Of a stretch of DNA of 64,000 nucleotides, positions 11,834-27,216 are shown one piece after another. Both the position numbers and the translations under genes were made by a program. The notes below the pieces were generated by a model that searched no databases, was not told the origin of the DNA, and worked only from the letters and a program-made list of their open reading frames with translations. The stretch's first letter is position 1. Every line of letters begins with the position of its first letter. The stretch comes from Paraspadella gotoi (taxonomy: Eukaryota; Animalia; Chaetognatha). The stretch lies in NCBI GenBank assembly GCA_051294375.1, contig CM119263.1, forward strand, positions 27,120,611 through 27,184,610. The letters are read 5' to 3'.

Positions 11834-12922
11834 GATGGCCAGAGATCCACTTTTTATGCTTTAACCCTGTTTTTGAGATGGACTCAGAGAGAGAGAGAAA
11901 GAAAAAGACAGAAAAGATATTCGCGAGAGAGATATTCAACAATGAAGTATAGTAAATTAAGAGTCATGAATTTACACTCATATAGATAATTTCATTCACA
12001 GAGTAAAGAAAAGAAAAAGAAAAATGATTTCATTTCGAAAAAAGAGACTCCTAGAAGTGATAAAGAAAAGAAAAAGATAAGAGTCTACATAATTGTATAT
12101 AAAAACGAAAAATGATAAAGGGAAGATTCCAGTGGAGGTGGGATAGAGACTTTCACTTATATTTGAGAGCAATAGAGACATCGGGGTTGAGATTAAGAGA
12201 GCTTGAGAAAGCTAGACTGCCCCGCCTTGCAATAAGACGTTTCTTGAGAGACGAAAGAAGCTCACATAATTATAATTCAATAATCCGTTTTTTGTTTGTA
12301 AACTAAGATTCTTCCTGCTGATAATATTATCTCGGGCGGGAATTTAACTTGAAGAAAACTATAACATATAATAAAAACATAAAACCGGGCATCCTGCAAA
12401 CCAGATCTCACAAAAATAATACCATCCTCGGCTAAACATTCTCTTTAACAAAGAGAAAAGAAAACAATCCTAGAGAGAGAAGATAGCTACCGACACCGCG
12501 CCAATGTAGCGACGCAGGCAGAGAGAACGAGGAGAGACCAGCCCGCGAGTTCGGGTTTGCGGGAGGTCCCAAGGGAGAGCGACTCGAGAATGCACGGAGA
12601 CACTTCGAGATATACGTCATGCGAGCAGGGGAGATATACGAAGGAGGATGAAAATATATGAGATGAGTACCCAGCAGAAGTTATATGTTTAGAGGAAAGA
12701 CTGGATGGACCACAAAATCCGAGATAGGGGGAAAATGTCACGTGAAGCGGGGGAAGAGGCGAGCAGTCGGTGATTTTTTTATACTTTATGCTTTTTTCTC
12801 GACGTTTCTTTCTTTGGCTCCGTCATAAGCTGCCTCCATTTTGTGGTTCCATAAAATATCGCTTAAGTTAAGCTATCGCTGTTCCCTAAATTGTTAAGCT
12901 GGTTTTTTGAAAAACACCAAAT

Positions 12923-13042
<120 letters not shown>

Positions 13043-13696
13043 GATGGCCAGAGATCCACTTTTTAGCTTTACCCTGTTTTTGAGGATGGACTCAACGGTA
13101 TTCCGAGTTCAACATGATTAGTAATCATTGATTACACTCATTATATTTCTCGTAAAAAAAATTTTCATTTCGAAAAACTTCCTGGTGTCTACGATTTTAA
13201 AAAATAGTTCCATTTTGACTTCACTTTTTCAAGCATCGGGTTTTTATGAAAGGTCGCCTCATCTCTTAAACTCATTTCTGGAATTCTCCGCCCATATTCC
13301 GGCATCCCACGGCTTTTCTCCGGCATCCCCCCGACATTCCCCGGCATTCTCTCAAATGCCACGCGCATTCCCGCCGCGCCCCGCGTTCGGTTTGCGGTCC
13401 CAAGGCGACTCGAATCCGGGACACTTCGAATTACTCATGCGAAGGGAATTCAGTAAAATATTTTATCCCCGGTTTTACTTTGGCCAAAATCCTAGGGGAA
13501 TGACGTACGGAGCAATCGGTTATTTTTTTATACTTTATGTATTTCAATGTTTAACCTGTTTTAAGAGTTTTTTTTTATTTAAATAAAATAAAATAAAATT
13601 GAATCATTAATTGAAATTAAAATGTTATGAACTAATTCATAAGAAATTTTAAAATATAACGTTTAAGAACGTTTGTCGTTTGTCGTTATATCAAAC

Positions 13697-13805
<109 letters not shown>

Positions 13806-14783
13806 ATGCGTTATGCCACCCGTAATAAAACTCAGTTTAGACCGGCGACAAAACAGCCCTACCTAATAAAGCTAAAAATTAAAAGTCACATAAAAAAAAT
13901 GAAAACAAAAAAAGTCGCTCGAATTCAATCGTCGCCCCAGAGTCGAAATATGCAAATGAGTTTAAAGCTCGCGACTCTGTCTCTATTCCGCTCATGGCGG
14001 CAATTAAAGCGAAAGTCGTCTTCGTTCTTTTCAACAAAAGGGAATCGAATGTTTGAAACTCGAGAGTCGAAAACCGCAGAGTTAAGCGATTCTATTGTCA
14101 TACGGTTTCTCTGTTTGTCGGTCTCCTTGACGACGACGAACCAATGAGACGCCTCACAAAATGGCCAACATTATTAGGTCCCTCTCCAACGCAGAGACAA
14201 TCCTTCTCGTTTTTTCTCTTTTTATTTATATTTTTTATTCGCGAGTCGCGGAAAGAAAAAAAAGTTAATTCTTAACCGTTTGAAAGCCGGGCGAAAGTGG
14301 CCGTTAAGGGGCTGCGGGGTTTGCGGCAGCGCCTTTTGTCAAAGCCAAATGACTGCATAACAAAGAATCTGTTGCTGAGTCACGTGATCAGAGCCTGGCA
14401 AAGACGGAGAAGTGAAAAGGAGGGAAAAGGGGAGTGAAGATGGGTGTTGTGGATTCTGGGTGAATAGAAAGTGAGACGATGGGGTGAGAAAGTGAATAAG
14501 CGAATAAAAAGAATTAATGTCGATGATGATGATGATGATGATGATGATGNNNNNNNNNNAGCGATCTCTCTTGCACCAGCGAAACCTTTTCTTCAAATTC
14601 ATAATCGAGAGGAAAGAGGAGGCGAAGACAATTCGTCTGAATCTTTTGTTTTAAAGTCAAGTTTGTATATTTGTTTGTATGATTTCACCGGTTCGTATTT
14701 ATCCTCATCTTGTCCTTTTATTGTCTCATTGTTTAGACTCAGCATGATTTGTCATTGTCATTCTTAAAAAAAAGAGAGAGATG

Positions 14784-16404
14784 ATCCTTTTTTTCGCCCT
14801 TTTCTTTTATCACTCTTTAAAAAGTTCCTGTTGCCATTTTCTTTCTTTGTTTATTTTTCTCTCGCTCTTTCTCTCTCTAAATTTCTTTTTACTTTCTTTC
14901 TCTTCTCTTTCTGAACTGAGTCCCTATTTTAATAACTCTCTAATCCCGCGCCACTTCTTACCTCGTCCGTCCAATTAAACGCTTTACGACACCTGTGGCT
15001 TAGATTCGATCGCGCCTCCCCTCCTCCGGCTCTACTTTCGTTCCATCGCATTCGTATTAAGCCTTCAAAGTTCCATTAGGCATTTCTAATTGTTTGTTAT
15101 GCTCTCTCCTCTTTCTCTCTCTCATCTCTCTCTCCCACTCTCTCCCTCTCTCTTTCTCTCTCTCTCTCTCTAAGATCATCTCTCTCTCTCTCTGCCCTCT
15201 CTCTCCATAACACCATCCGATTTTTCATTTCAAACACCTGATTCATTTTTTTTCATCGATCTTACAACGATGATTCGCTGATTCGAATGATTCAAGCTTG
15301 AATTCGGCTCGACGCCGTATGAATTTGATTATTGTGGGCGTCCGCCGGCAGGAGGGGGCGGCAGCCAGTTGCGAACATTGGATTCTGTGCAAGGTGGAAA
15401 TAGCAAACGGTAGTAAGCGGGGGGTGGGGGCGTTTGTATGGTCGACAACAGCCTCGGGCGCCTGTGGCGGCGCAGTTCTGGCGCGTGGACGCGGTGTAAA
15501 ATACCGCCACAGGAAATCCCGGGCAAGACATTACTCAGGTTCTCTCTGGCCCGAGAGGAGTCTGATTAAACTGCTACCATAGTGAACAGAGAGAGAGCGC
15601 GCGAGTAGTGGGGGCATAGGCGTTTTGTCGTAGCGTACCCTGAGAAGGTTGAGTGTTCAGATAAGTAGGGCTCACCACTTAATGACAACAGTTGGGTTTG
15701 CCCTTGATGCCCATTGGAATGGGATTCTCACTGTTTCTTTGGGAGGCTTCCGACCCTCAGGTGACGCCTCCTGTAAGTGTTTTTTTTATGGCTCTCTTGT
15801 TGAAGCAGATTATGTCATGTTATCTTCAAAAATGAAAAAAAAGAAATAGTGGTGATTTTTTAAGAAGCGTGCGGTTCCTAAAAACCTCTCTCTCGCTCTC
15901 TTTTTTGCCTTGCTCCTCTCTTTCTCTCTCTCTCCTTCCTCTTTATGAAAAACAAAACGTCTCGCTCTCTAATATCTCCTTCCTCCCGCGGAGAGGAGGG
16001 CGTTTCATCGAGGACGAGGAATTTGAAATATCCCGCATTCCATTTCGCCCCTTCATTTTTCTGTTTGTCACTCTCCTTTCTCTTTTCTATCTCTCCTCTC
16101 TCTCTCTCTCGTCTCTCCTCTTTCTCTCTCTCTCCTCTCTCTCTCCTCTCTCTCATCTCTCTCTCGCCGCTATAAAAGCCCTGAAATCAATCCCGTCTGA
16201 AACTTCCCGGCTGCCTCTTTCTTCTATTTTTCTTTCTTTCTTTTTTTAATTTCTTTTTCCCTCGACGTTTCTTTCTTTGGCTCGTCAATAAGCTTGCCTC
16301 TCATTTTGTGGTTTCCATAAAATATCGTTAGTTAAGCTATCGCTGTTCCCTAAATTTGTTAAGCTGGTTTTTTTGATTAAAAACACCAAATGTTGAGAGA
16401 GAGA

Positions 16405-16435
<31 letters not shown>

Positions 16436-16881
16436 AAGAGAGAGAAGAAGAGAGAGAGAGAGAGAGAGAGTGAGTAGAACCAGTGGCCACAATAGTTTGG
16501 TGGACCGAGAGAGACTGAGATATCCTTCTAGCTCTCTCCTATTCTCGCCCCGGTCAACCTCAGTCAGCCTTTGGATCACGAATTCAGTTTGATAGATTTC
16601 CGCTTGCTTGACTAATTTCCCTCGACGTATTTAACCATTTTCCTACGGGCATTTACACTGGCTTTTACAATCACACTGTACTACATTTATTGATTGATTA
16701 TGATCCGATTTCTCTTGGATTATATTTGATTTCTCTTAGCGATTTCTTCTACATTTTTCTGAGATTTTATTGACAGTAATAGAGTCAGTGGAGCCTTGTC
16801 GGTTGCGGTAATATAGCCGAGCTTTCTGGGAACCAACTGATATTGCTTGGAGCGGCAATAAGAGAGACGGAACTTCTCTAC

Positions 16882-16954
<73 letters not shown>

Positions 16955-17660
16955 GATGGCCAGAGATTCCACTTTTTTAGCCTTTACCCACTGTTTTGAG
17001 GATGGACTCAACGGTATTTTCGAGTTCAAAAACATGATTAAGTAATCATTGATTACACTCATTATATTTTCTCGTAAAAAAAAAATTTTAATTTCGAAAA
17101 ACTTCCTGGTGTCTAACGATTTTTAAAAAATAGTTCCACAATTTTGACTCTTCCTTTTCAAGCATGGCGGTTTTTATGAAAAGGTCGCTCATCTCTTAAA
17201 CTCATTTCTTTCTGGAAATTCTCCGCCCATATTCCGCATCCCAGATACGGCTTTCTCCGGCATCCCTCGACATTTCCGGCATTTCTCTCAAATGCCACGA
17301 CGCGGCTTCCGCCCCTCCGCCGCGCCCCGCGTTCGGTTTGCGGTCCCAAGGCGACTCGAATCCCGGACAGCTTTCGAATTACTCATGCGAAGGGGAAATT
17401 CAGGTAAATATTTTATTCCCGCGTTTTACTTTGAAACCAAAATCCTAGGGGATGAACGTACGGAGCAATCGGGTTATTTTTTTTATACTTTATGGTATTT
17501 TCAATGTTTTAACCCCCTGTTTTAGAAGTTTTTATTTAAATAAAATAAAATAAAATTGAAATCATTAATTGAAATTAAAAATGTTATGAACTAATTCATA
17601 AGAAATTTAATATAACGTTAAGAACGTTTGTCGTTTGTCGTATATCAAACTAATTTCTCT

Positions 17661-17704
<44 letters not shown>

Positions 17705-18470
17705 CCTCTCTCTCTCTCTCTTCATGCGTTAATGCCTACCCGTAATAAAACTCAGTTTAGAACCGGCGACAAAAACAGCCCTATAATAAAGCTAAAAATT
17801 AAAGTCATACATAAAAAAAAATGAAAACAAAAAAAGCTCGCTTCGAATTCAATCGTCGCCCCAGAGTCCGAAATAATGCAAATGAGAGTTTTAACAGCTG
17901 CGAAATCTGTCTCTATTCCGCTCATGGCGGCAATTAAAGCGAGTCGTTTCGTTCTTTTCAAACAAAAGGAATCGAATGTTTGAAACTGAAGAGTCGAAAC
18001 CGCAGAGTTAAGCGATTCTAATTGTTCCCATAACGGTTTCTCCTGTTTGTCGTCTCCTTGGACGAACGACGATCCAATGAGACGCCTCACACAAAATGCC
18101 AACATTATTAGGTCCTCCTCCGCAGAGACCAATCCTTCTCGTTTTTCTATCTTTTAATTATATTTTTTATTTCCGAGTCGCGGAAAGAAAAAAAGTTAAT
18201 TCTTAAACCGTTTGTGAAAGCCGGGCGAAAGTGGCCGTTAAGGGCTCGTGCGGGGTTTGCCGGGCAGCGCTTTTGTCCACAAGCCAAATTGACTGCATAA
18301 CAAAGATCCTGTTGCTGAGTCACGTGATCAAGAGGCCTGGCAAAGACGGAGAAGTGAAAAGGAGGGAAAAGGGAGTGAAGATGTGGGTGTTGTGGAGTTC
18401 TGGGTGAATAGAAAGTGAGACGATGGGGTGGAGAAAGTGAATAAGCGAAATAAAAAGAAATTAAATGGTC

Positions 18471-18503
<33 letters not shown>

Positions 18504-18694
18504 ATGAATGATGAGATGATGATGATTGATGATGATGAATGATGATGATGATGATGAGATGATGAAGATGAGATGATGCCATAGTAAGGAATGATTCGAT
18601 CGACAGCCAAGGAAGATGAAGGAATCGAGATGGTTGATGTAGTAGTTGATGATCCGTGTGAAAGGCATAAAGCCTCCGAGTCAACGAGCGAGAG

Positions 18695-18728
<34 letters not shown>

Positions 18729-18946
18729 GGAGGAGAGAGAGGAGAGAGAGCACCCTCTCTTGCACCAGCGACAAACCTTTTCTTGCATAATTCAATATCG
18801 ATGATGAGAGAGGCGAAGACAATTCGTCTGAAATCTTTTGTTTTACTAAAGTCAATTTGTATATTTGTTTGTATGATTTTCACGCGGTTCTATTTATCCT
18901 CATTTGTCCTCATTGTTTAGACTCTAGCATGATTTGTCATTGTCAT

Positions 18947-18949
<3 letters not shown>
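14784..18949 (+). repeat. Indel-rich duplicate of 9343-14764 (probable assembly artefact)
   Basis: Collinear with the preceding block but with scattered single-base insertions, the pattern of uncorrected long reads. Confidence 0.85.
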
Positions 18950-18977
<28 letters not shown>

Positions 18978-21961
18978 GACAAAATCAAACAACAAAATCA
19001 AATCAAAAATCAAATCAAAAACATTGTCATTCTTTACTGTTGGAAAATAAACCATTCTCGGATGCTAAATATTTTTGTAAAAATTCCTGGCCATNNNNNN
19101 NNNNNNNNNNNNNNNNNNNCTGCCACAAGGTCATATTTTTTTTGAAGAGAGTATATGATTATCATTATCATTATTATTTCATGTAGAATCACAACGTCTA
19201 TGGCCTAATCAGGATGCCTGACCAAAATTAACGGAGAAAGTCCATAATAACTAAAGAAAATTAACCACGAAAAAGAAGAAAATAACTTGACCTGATTTAC
19301 TTTGAAAACATTTTCATATATAAATTTTGAATGCGATATACTTTTGCCAATATTTATTTAAAAAAGAGGGTTGAAAATATGTGTAGCTTTAAATTCAACG
19401 CCGACAAACTCTGATGGAAGCAACAGGAAATCATCGCCACGTCGACGATGACGTCATCTCCTGGAATCGAAACCGCCGCGGGAGACGAAAATGACGCCGA
19501 TCCACGGGGCGTCGAAGCGCCGTAGAGAGCCTGGAAAAGCGGCGTCACTCTCTTTTGTACAAACGCGCGCCGATTGAGCGCCAATTTTAAAGTATCGCGC
19601 CGCTAGCGCCGTCAACGCTCATCACCGTCAGCCAGGGTGGCGCCGTCATTGACGCCTTGACGCCACGCGGAGAGAAAACCGGAAATCCGCGTGAGGTGAC
19701 GTCAATCGAGAGTCAACGTCGCGATGGTCGAGAAGAGAGAAGTGAGAAGAGAAGTGAAAATAGAAAAGTGAAACAAAGAAAAAGTAGAAGCGTGACAAAA
19801 AAAAAAATAGAAAAGAGGAGAAGAGGAGAGAACATGAGGATCGAATGAGAGAGAGAATGAAATTGAAGAAGAGGCGAAAAAAAAAGGTTAAGAGAAGATA
19901 GAAGGAGAACGAAAGAGAAGAACGTAAGGGAACAAGAAAGATAAGAAGAGAGAACAGAGAAAAGATGGTATAAGAGGAAGAGGAAAGATAAAAAATAGAA
20001 GAAGAATATGAAATAAGATGAAAAAAAGAGTAGAAGAAGATCAGGAGAGAAGAAGAACGGAAGAGTAGAAAAAAAAGAAAAAAAAGAAACGAATAGAAAA
20101 AGAGAAGCGAACGAGACTCGTCGTCGATGATTGGATTTTCATGCGCGTCTCTGCCTTTTTTTAAATTTTTGACGCGAGACAGGCACGCCCACCGCGTTGA
20201 AGAGAGAGCAACCAGAGAAGAGGAGAGTGAAGGAACTGAAGTGAGCAGAGAGAGAAGAGAAGAGAGAGGTGAGAGGAGAGAGAAGGAGGAAAGACTAGAA
20301 GAGAGGGAGCAGAGAAAGAGAGAGAGGAGAGAGAGAGCAAGAGAGACGCGTCGTCGCTTAGGTTTTTGACGTTCTCTCTAATCATCTGTGGTCGACGTCT
20401 CCACGCGGAAAGTGTCCTTTTTCCTGCGCGTCACGATATTCCCCCATTCCCTAATCGGCTATATAGTACGCGGACCGGGGTTGGACGGACGTACGAGAGT
20501 CGTGTCAGTACAGTCGAGATGATCGAGCCCGAGTCAAACGCGAGTTGTGCGCGGCGGATTGAGAAGGCCAGCCGGAAAGGAGAGCTACTTTCCACCCTCG
20601 GAATGTTCCCGAGTGCGTTCGGATGTATCTTCTTAATATCAGACTTGACGGATTGGGACCAAAGAAAAAAGGTAATGTAGGTATCATCTGCAATCATCTT
20701 CTCTCTTCCTACTACGTTTCTCTTCTCATTCTTTTATCTCCTCCAAGAATCTCATTACGGCTCGTCAGACACGGAATGCCTTCTCTCTCCCATCTCTCTC
20801 CGTCTCATCCACGATCTCACCATCAAATGTCTCTGCATTCGTCTGGGTGCACTATATTATATTCACTTCTCTTTTTTTATTAATACGAACGTCCCACGAA
20901 GTAATCGAGTCCAAAAACAAACGGAGGGCGAAATTGGATTTTCAACACAACCTCACTCTTTTTGCTTCTTCCAACCTTCTCCGCCTCTTATCATGCTTCT
21001 TCTCAGCTTCATGCTATTACTAAAGGATTGCAACTCAAAAATACCGAGAAAGAAAGAATGAAAGAAACAGAAAGAAGAACGAAAAAAGAAACGCAAACGA
21101 AAAAAAAAAAGAAAGAAAGAAAGGAGGAGGAGAAAGAAAGCTAAAGAAAGAAAGAAAAGAAAGAAAGAAAGAAAAAACCTCAAATAAAAAGACAAGGAAA
21201 GAAAGAAAGAAAGAAAAGAAAGAAAAAGAAAGAATAGAAAAAGGAAAGAAGAAAGAAAAGACAAGAAAGCGAATAAAAGAAAGAACTCCCAAGAGAAAGC
21301 AGAAAAGAACCAAACATAGAAAGAAAAGAAAAAAAAGAAAGAAAGAAAGAAAGAAAGAAAGTAAAGACAAGAAAGAAAAGGAAATGCATAGCACAGAATG
21401 CAAATCAGCGTCACACGGAGAAGATGATTTACACGTCGCAGCGTAAAGTCGTCCAGTCGGCGAGAATGGATGAATTTTTTTTCCGTCCGTTCGTCGACGA
21501 AGACGGATGTTGCTACTTTTGGGGAATGCTTGCCATGGGAAGACCCACCGAGGTTTTGTTGATAACGTGTTGCTCGTGAGTCGTCTATCGTAGAGCTCGC
21601 ATCCATTGTTTTTTATTGCGAAGCATCCATGCAACAAGAGAGAAGAGGAGGAGGAGGAGAGAGCAGAAATAGAGAGAGGAGAGAGAGAGNNNNNNNNNNN
21701 NNNNNNNNNNNNNNAGAGAGAGAGAGAGAGAGAGACGTCGCTTAGTTTTTGACGTCTCTCTAATCATCTTTGTCGACGTCTCACCGGAAGTGTCGCTTTT
21801 CCGCGCGTCACGTTTCCCCCTTGACGCGACGGTTGACGACTACGAGCTCGTTCGAGTCGAAGGAGCCGAGACGGAGTTGTCGGCGCCGGAAAGGAGAGCT
21901 TTTCTCGGAATTTCCGGCGGGAATTATCGACTTGCGTTTTGGCCAAGAAAAAGGTATGTAG

Positions 21962-22072
<111 letters not shown>

Positions 22073-22319
22073 GTCTCTCTTCTCTTCTATTTTTTCCTCT
22101 CTTTTTTTACGATCCCAGAAGTAATGAGCCAAAACGGAGGGCGAATTGGATTTCACCCACTCTTCCTTCCAATTCTCCCTCTTCATCTCTCTCGCTATTA
22201 TCAAGGATTGAAACTCAAAAAAATACGAGAAAGAAAGAATGAAAGAAAGAAAGAAAGAAAGAAAAACAGAGAGAGAGGAGAGAATGTACAAACGCTGTCG
22301 CGGCGATTTTGAGCAGCAT

Positions 22320-24212
22320 TTAAAAAGATTAATCGCGCCGCTAGCCGCCGTCAACGCTGCATCACCTTGTCAGTCCAGGGTGGCGCCGATCATGACGGGC
22401 CATTGACCACCGCCACGCGGAGAGAAAACTCGAGAAATGCCGCGTTGAGGAGTGACGGTCTAAATAACGAGGAGTCAGAACAGGTCGCGAATCGGTCGAC
22501 TGAAGGAGAGAAGTGAGAAGGAGAAGTGAAAATAGAAAAATAGTGAAACAAGAAAGAAAATAGTAGAGAGCGTGCACACAAAAAAAAAAAATTAGAAAAG
22601 CAGAGGAGCAAGAGGAGCGAACATAAGCTCGGATCGAAGAGAGAGAGACTCGAAATTGAAGAAGAGGACGAGAAAAAAAAAATAGGTTAAGGAGACAGAT
22701 AGAACAGGGAGAACGAAAGAGAAGCAACGTAAGGGAAGCAAGAAAAGATAAGAAGAGAGACAGAGAAAAGATGGTATAAAGAGGAAGAGGAAAGATATAA
22801 AATAGAAGAAGATATGAATTAAGATTGAAAAAAGAGTAGAAGAAGATCTAGACGAGAGAAGGAACGAGACGGAGAGTATGAAAAAATGAAAAAGAAGAAA
22901 AAAAAAAAAGCAAACGAATAGATAAAAGAGAAGCGAGCACGAGACTCGTCGTGCGATGATTGGATTTTCAATGCGCGTCCTCTGCCTATTTTTTAAATTT
23001 TTGACGCGAGACAGGCACGCCCACCGCGTTGAAGAGAGAGCAACCAGAGAAGAGGAGAGTGAAGGAACTGAAGTGAGCAGAGAGAGAAGAGAAGAGAGAG
23101 GTGAGAGGAGAGAGAAGGAGGAAAGACTAGAAGAGAGGGAGCAGAGAAAGAGAGAGAGGAGAGAGAGAGCAAGAGAGACGCGTCGTCGCTTAGGTTTTTG
23201 ACGTTCTCTCTAATCATCTGTGGTCGACGTCTCCACGCGGAAAGTGTCCTTTTTCCTGCGCGTCACGATATTCCCCCATTCCCTAATCGGCTATATAGTA
23301 CGCGGACCGGGGTTGGACGGACGTACGAGAGTCGTGTCAGTACAGTCGAGATGATCGAGCCCGAGTCAAACGCGAGTTGTGCGCGGCGGATTGAGAAGGC
23401 CAGCCGGAAAGGAGAGCTACTTTCCACCCTCGGAATGTTCCCGAGTGCGTTCGGATGTATCTTCTTAATATCAGACTTGACGGATTGGGACCAAAGAAAA
23501 AAGGTAATGTAGGTATCATCTGCAATCATCTTCTCTCTTCCTACTACGTTTCTCTTCTCATTCTTTTATCTCCTCCAAGAATCTCATTACGGCTCGTCAG
23601 ACACGGAATGCCTTCTCTCTCCCATCTCTCTCCGTCTCATCCACGATCTCACCATCAAATGTCTCTGCATTCGTCTGGGTGCACTATATTATATTCACTT
23701 CTCTTTTTTTATTAATACGAACGTCCCACGAAGTAATCGAGTCCAAAAACAAACGGAGGGCGAAATTGGATTTTCAACACAACCTCACTCTTTTTGCTTC
23801 TTCCAACCTTCTCCGCCTCTTATCATGCTTCTTCTCAGCTTCATGCTATTACTAAAGGATTGCAACTCAAAAATACCGAGAAAGAAAGAATGAAAGAAAC
23901 AGAAAGAAGAACGAAAAAAGAAACGCAAACGAAAAAAAAAAAGAAAGAAAGAAAGGAGGAGGAGAAAGAAAGCTAAAGAAAGAAAGAAAAGAAAGAAAGA
24001 AAGAAAAAACCTCAAATAAAAAGACAAGGAAAGAAAGAAAGAAAGAAAAGAAAGAAAAAGAAAGAATAGAAAAAGGAAAGAAGAAAGAAAAGACAAGAAA
24101 GCGAATAAAAGAAAGAACTCCCAAGAGAAAGCAGAAAAGAACCAAACATAGAAAGAAAAGAAAAAAAAGAAAGAAAGAAAGAAAGAANNNNNNNNNNNNN
24201 NNNNNNNNNNNN

Positions 24213-24247
<35 letters not shown>

Positions 24248-24430
24248 AATGCTCACGAATGCAAATCAGCGTCACGGAGATGATTTACGTCGCGCGTCGT
24301 CTCCGTCGCGAGATGAAATTTTTTTTCCGTCCCTTGTCGCCACGTGTTGCTACTTTTGAGTTGCCATGGAGACCGAGTTTGTTGATCGTTGCTTGAGTCG
24401 TCTTCGTGAGCTCCCATTTTTTTTTATTGC
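22320..24430 (+). repeat. Duplicate of ~19590-21620; 22990-24187 appears identical to 20158-21355 (offset 2832)
   Basis: The ORF track repeats identically at +2832; 25-N gaps nearby; a further inverted noisy copy at ~25630-26370. Confidence 0.85.
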
Positions 24431-24775
24431 GNNNNNNNNNNNNNNNNNNNNNNNNNAGCCAGGGCGCGCTCGAGCAGTTTTTCTTTCTTTTTTGTTTCCC
24501 TCATTCGTTGCTCTTTTTTTCCTCTTCCTCCTCTTCTCCTCCTCCTCCCCTTCGCTCATGATTCATCATCCGTTTGTTCGTTTTGGAGACATATTTGTTT
24601 CATGAGGATTTGATGCCTCGATTCACTCCCCACTCTCTCCTACCATCTCTCTCTCCTCTCTCTCTGCCTCTCTCGCCACCGCCCCCTTACCCTTCCCTAC
24701 TCGCGATCAAATGCTGCGGAAAAAAAACAAAAGTTCGTCGACTTTGAAACCGAAAAACATCCGTTGCCTGGCAAC
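24360..24775. promoter_or_regulatory. Two RFX X-box motifs (GTTGCCATGGAGAC 24360-73; GTTGCCTGGCAAC 24763-75)
   Basis: Close matches to the GTNRCC-N0-3-RGYAAC X-box consensus in CpG-rich DNA. Confidence 0.4.
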
Positions 24776-24879
24776 GAGGCGACGGAACAAAAACAAAGAG
24801 AAAATAAAAACACTGCCCGGGGAGAGAAAGTGAGGGATCGGCGGCTGTGGAGGGATAAAACAACGCGCCTTTGTTGCTG

Positions 24880-25388
<509 letters not shown>

Positions 25389-27216
25389 CGGTATTTAAAT
25401 CTATGCGACATGTGGTTCGGAATATCGCTAATGTAAATAGGCGCCTGACCATTGCATGGTTTTTAGATTGGAAAAAATGTACGTTGGAAAAGAAAAGGAG
25501 AAAGAAAAGAAGAAAAAAAAGGAAAAGAAATCCGATTCCGAGGAAGAATATGTTTATGATTATTTTCTGCTCTCGCTCGCTCGTCGTCTCTCTCCTCTCT
25601 CTATCTCGTCTGCTTCTCTCCTCGCTCCCTCTCTCTCATCTCTCTTTTGCGAGGATGTTCGCAATAAAAAAAAGGATGGGAGCTCTACGTCAGACGCTCA
25701 GAGTCAACACGTATCAACAAAACTCGTCTTCCATGGCGCATCCCTCAAAAGTAGGCAACATCCGTGTCGACAACGGACGGACAAAAAAATTCATCCATTC
25801 TCCGCGACTGGAGACTTACGCTCGCGACGGTAAATCATCTTCTCCGTGGACGGCTGATTTGCAGTTCTGTGTATGCATTTCTTTCCTTTCTTGTCTTTCT
25901 TTCTTTCTTTCTTTTTCTTTCTTTCTTTATTTTTCTTTTCTTTCTATTTTGGTGTCTTTTGCTTTCTCTTGGGTGCTTTCTTTTTTTATTCGCTTTCTTG
26001 TCTTTTCTTTCTTCTTCTTTCTTCTATTGCTTTCTTTTCTTTCTTTCTTTCGTTTCTTTCTTTCTTGTCTTTCTATTGAGGTTTTTTCTTTCTTTCTTTC
26101 TTTTCTTTCTTTCTTTGCTTTCTTTCTCCTCTCCTTTCTTTCTTTTTTCTTGTCTTGTTTTGTTCTTTCCTCTTTTTCTTTTTTTTTTTTTTTTTTTTTG
26201 CCTCGACTTCGCTCAAGTGAACAGCGGGAGATTTTGAATAAATCAACTCGCCCAAATCTTTTTCAATTACATCCGGGTTGGGGGGGGGTGAAATTTGGAA
26301 AAAAACAAAGATCCAGAAGTATACTGAAAATAAATCATCGAAAAAAAGGATAAAAAAAAGGAGAGCAAGAAATGACGAGCCTGAATTATGAAGAAGCAAA
26401 TAAATCTCCGGATCGCTCCACTTTGGCGCCCGGCGGGTCTTCTTTTGCGCTTCTTCCCGTTCGGTCGCGCTTTTTTGCGCTCGGAATGGCGCCGGGCGCG
26501 GCGGGCGCGGGTCCAACGTCTCTCCCGGCGCCGTTTCGATTCCGGCGTCGATTTTACGCTCACGGTCGCAGATTGAATTTTTATGGTCGTGCATATTTTT
26601 TTTTCTCTAAGTGTACCACATTCCAAATTAGAAAGTAGAACGGATTATGGTTTATCCAATAATATACTTAATACTATTAAAATCTATATCTGTGATTAGA
26701 GGTCCATAGAGTTTCTCGACTGCAGTTTGAGGGTATCTAAAGGAGTCGAATCGTTCGTTCGTCAATGTTTATGATACAAAAGTAGGTCTGACTCTTAGTG
26801 TGTTTTAGGTTTTTAGACAGATCTGCTTATCAGCAGATTCCGACTCTATAAGACGCTGAGACACATCACGCTTAATTTGCTTCCCACCCTACTTATGATC
26901 ATTTTTACTTCACTCGTCGCCATATTTGATTTATAATCTTTTCGCTATATTTGTCGTTTGGTACTCGGAGACCTAAGGTACTGTCTCCATGAGTGTCAAC
27001 AGCACACAAGAAGGGCAATAGGATAAAATTTATGAAAACTTTTTTAGATAGGTGTCTCATGATTAGTAAGGCGGGCCAAAATTGAACACTTTTTATAACT
27101 TCTAATTCTCTCAAAAAAATTTCTTTTTTCCTTCTATTACTAAATCGATTTTCAATGCAACTTTTTGAATTAGTTCATAGGGTTGTTGCACTGAAGCTTT
27201 TAAATATTTATTAATA

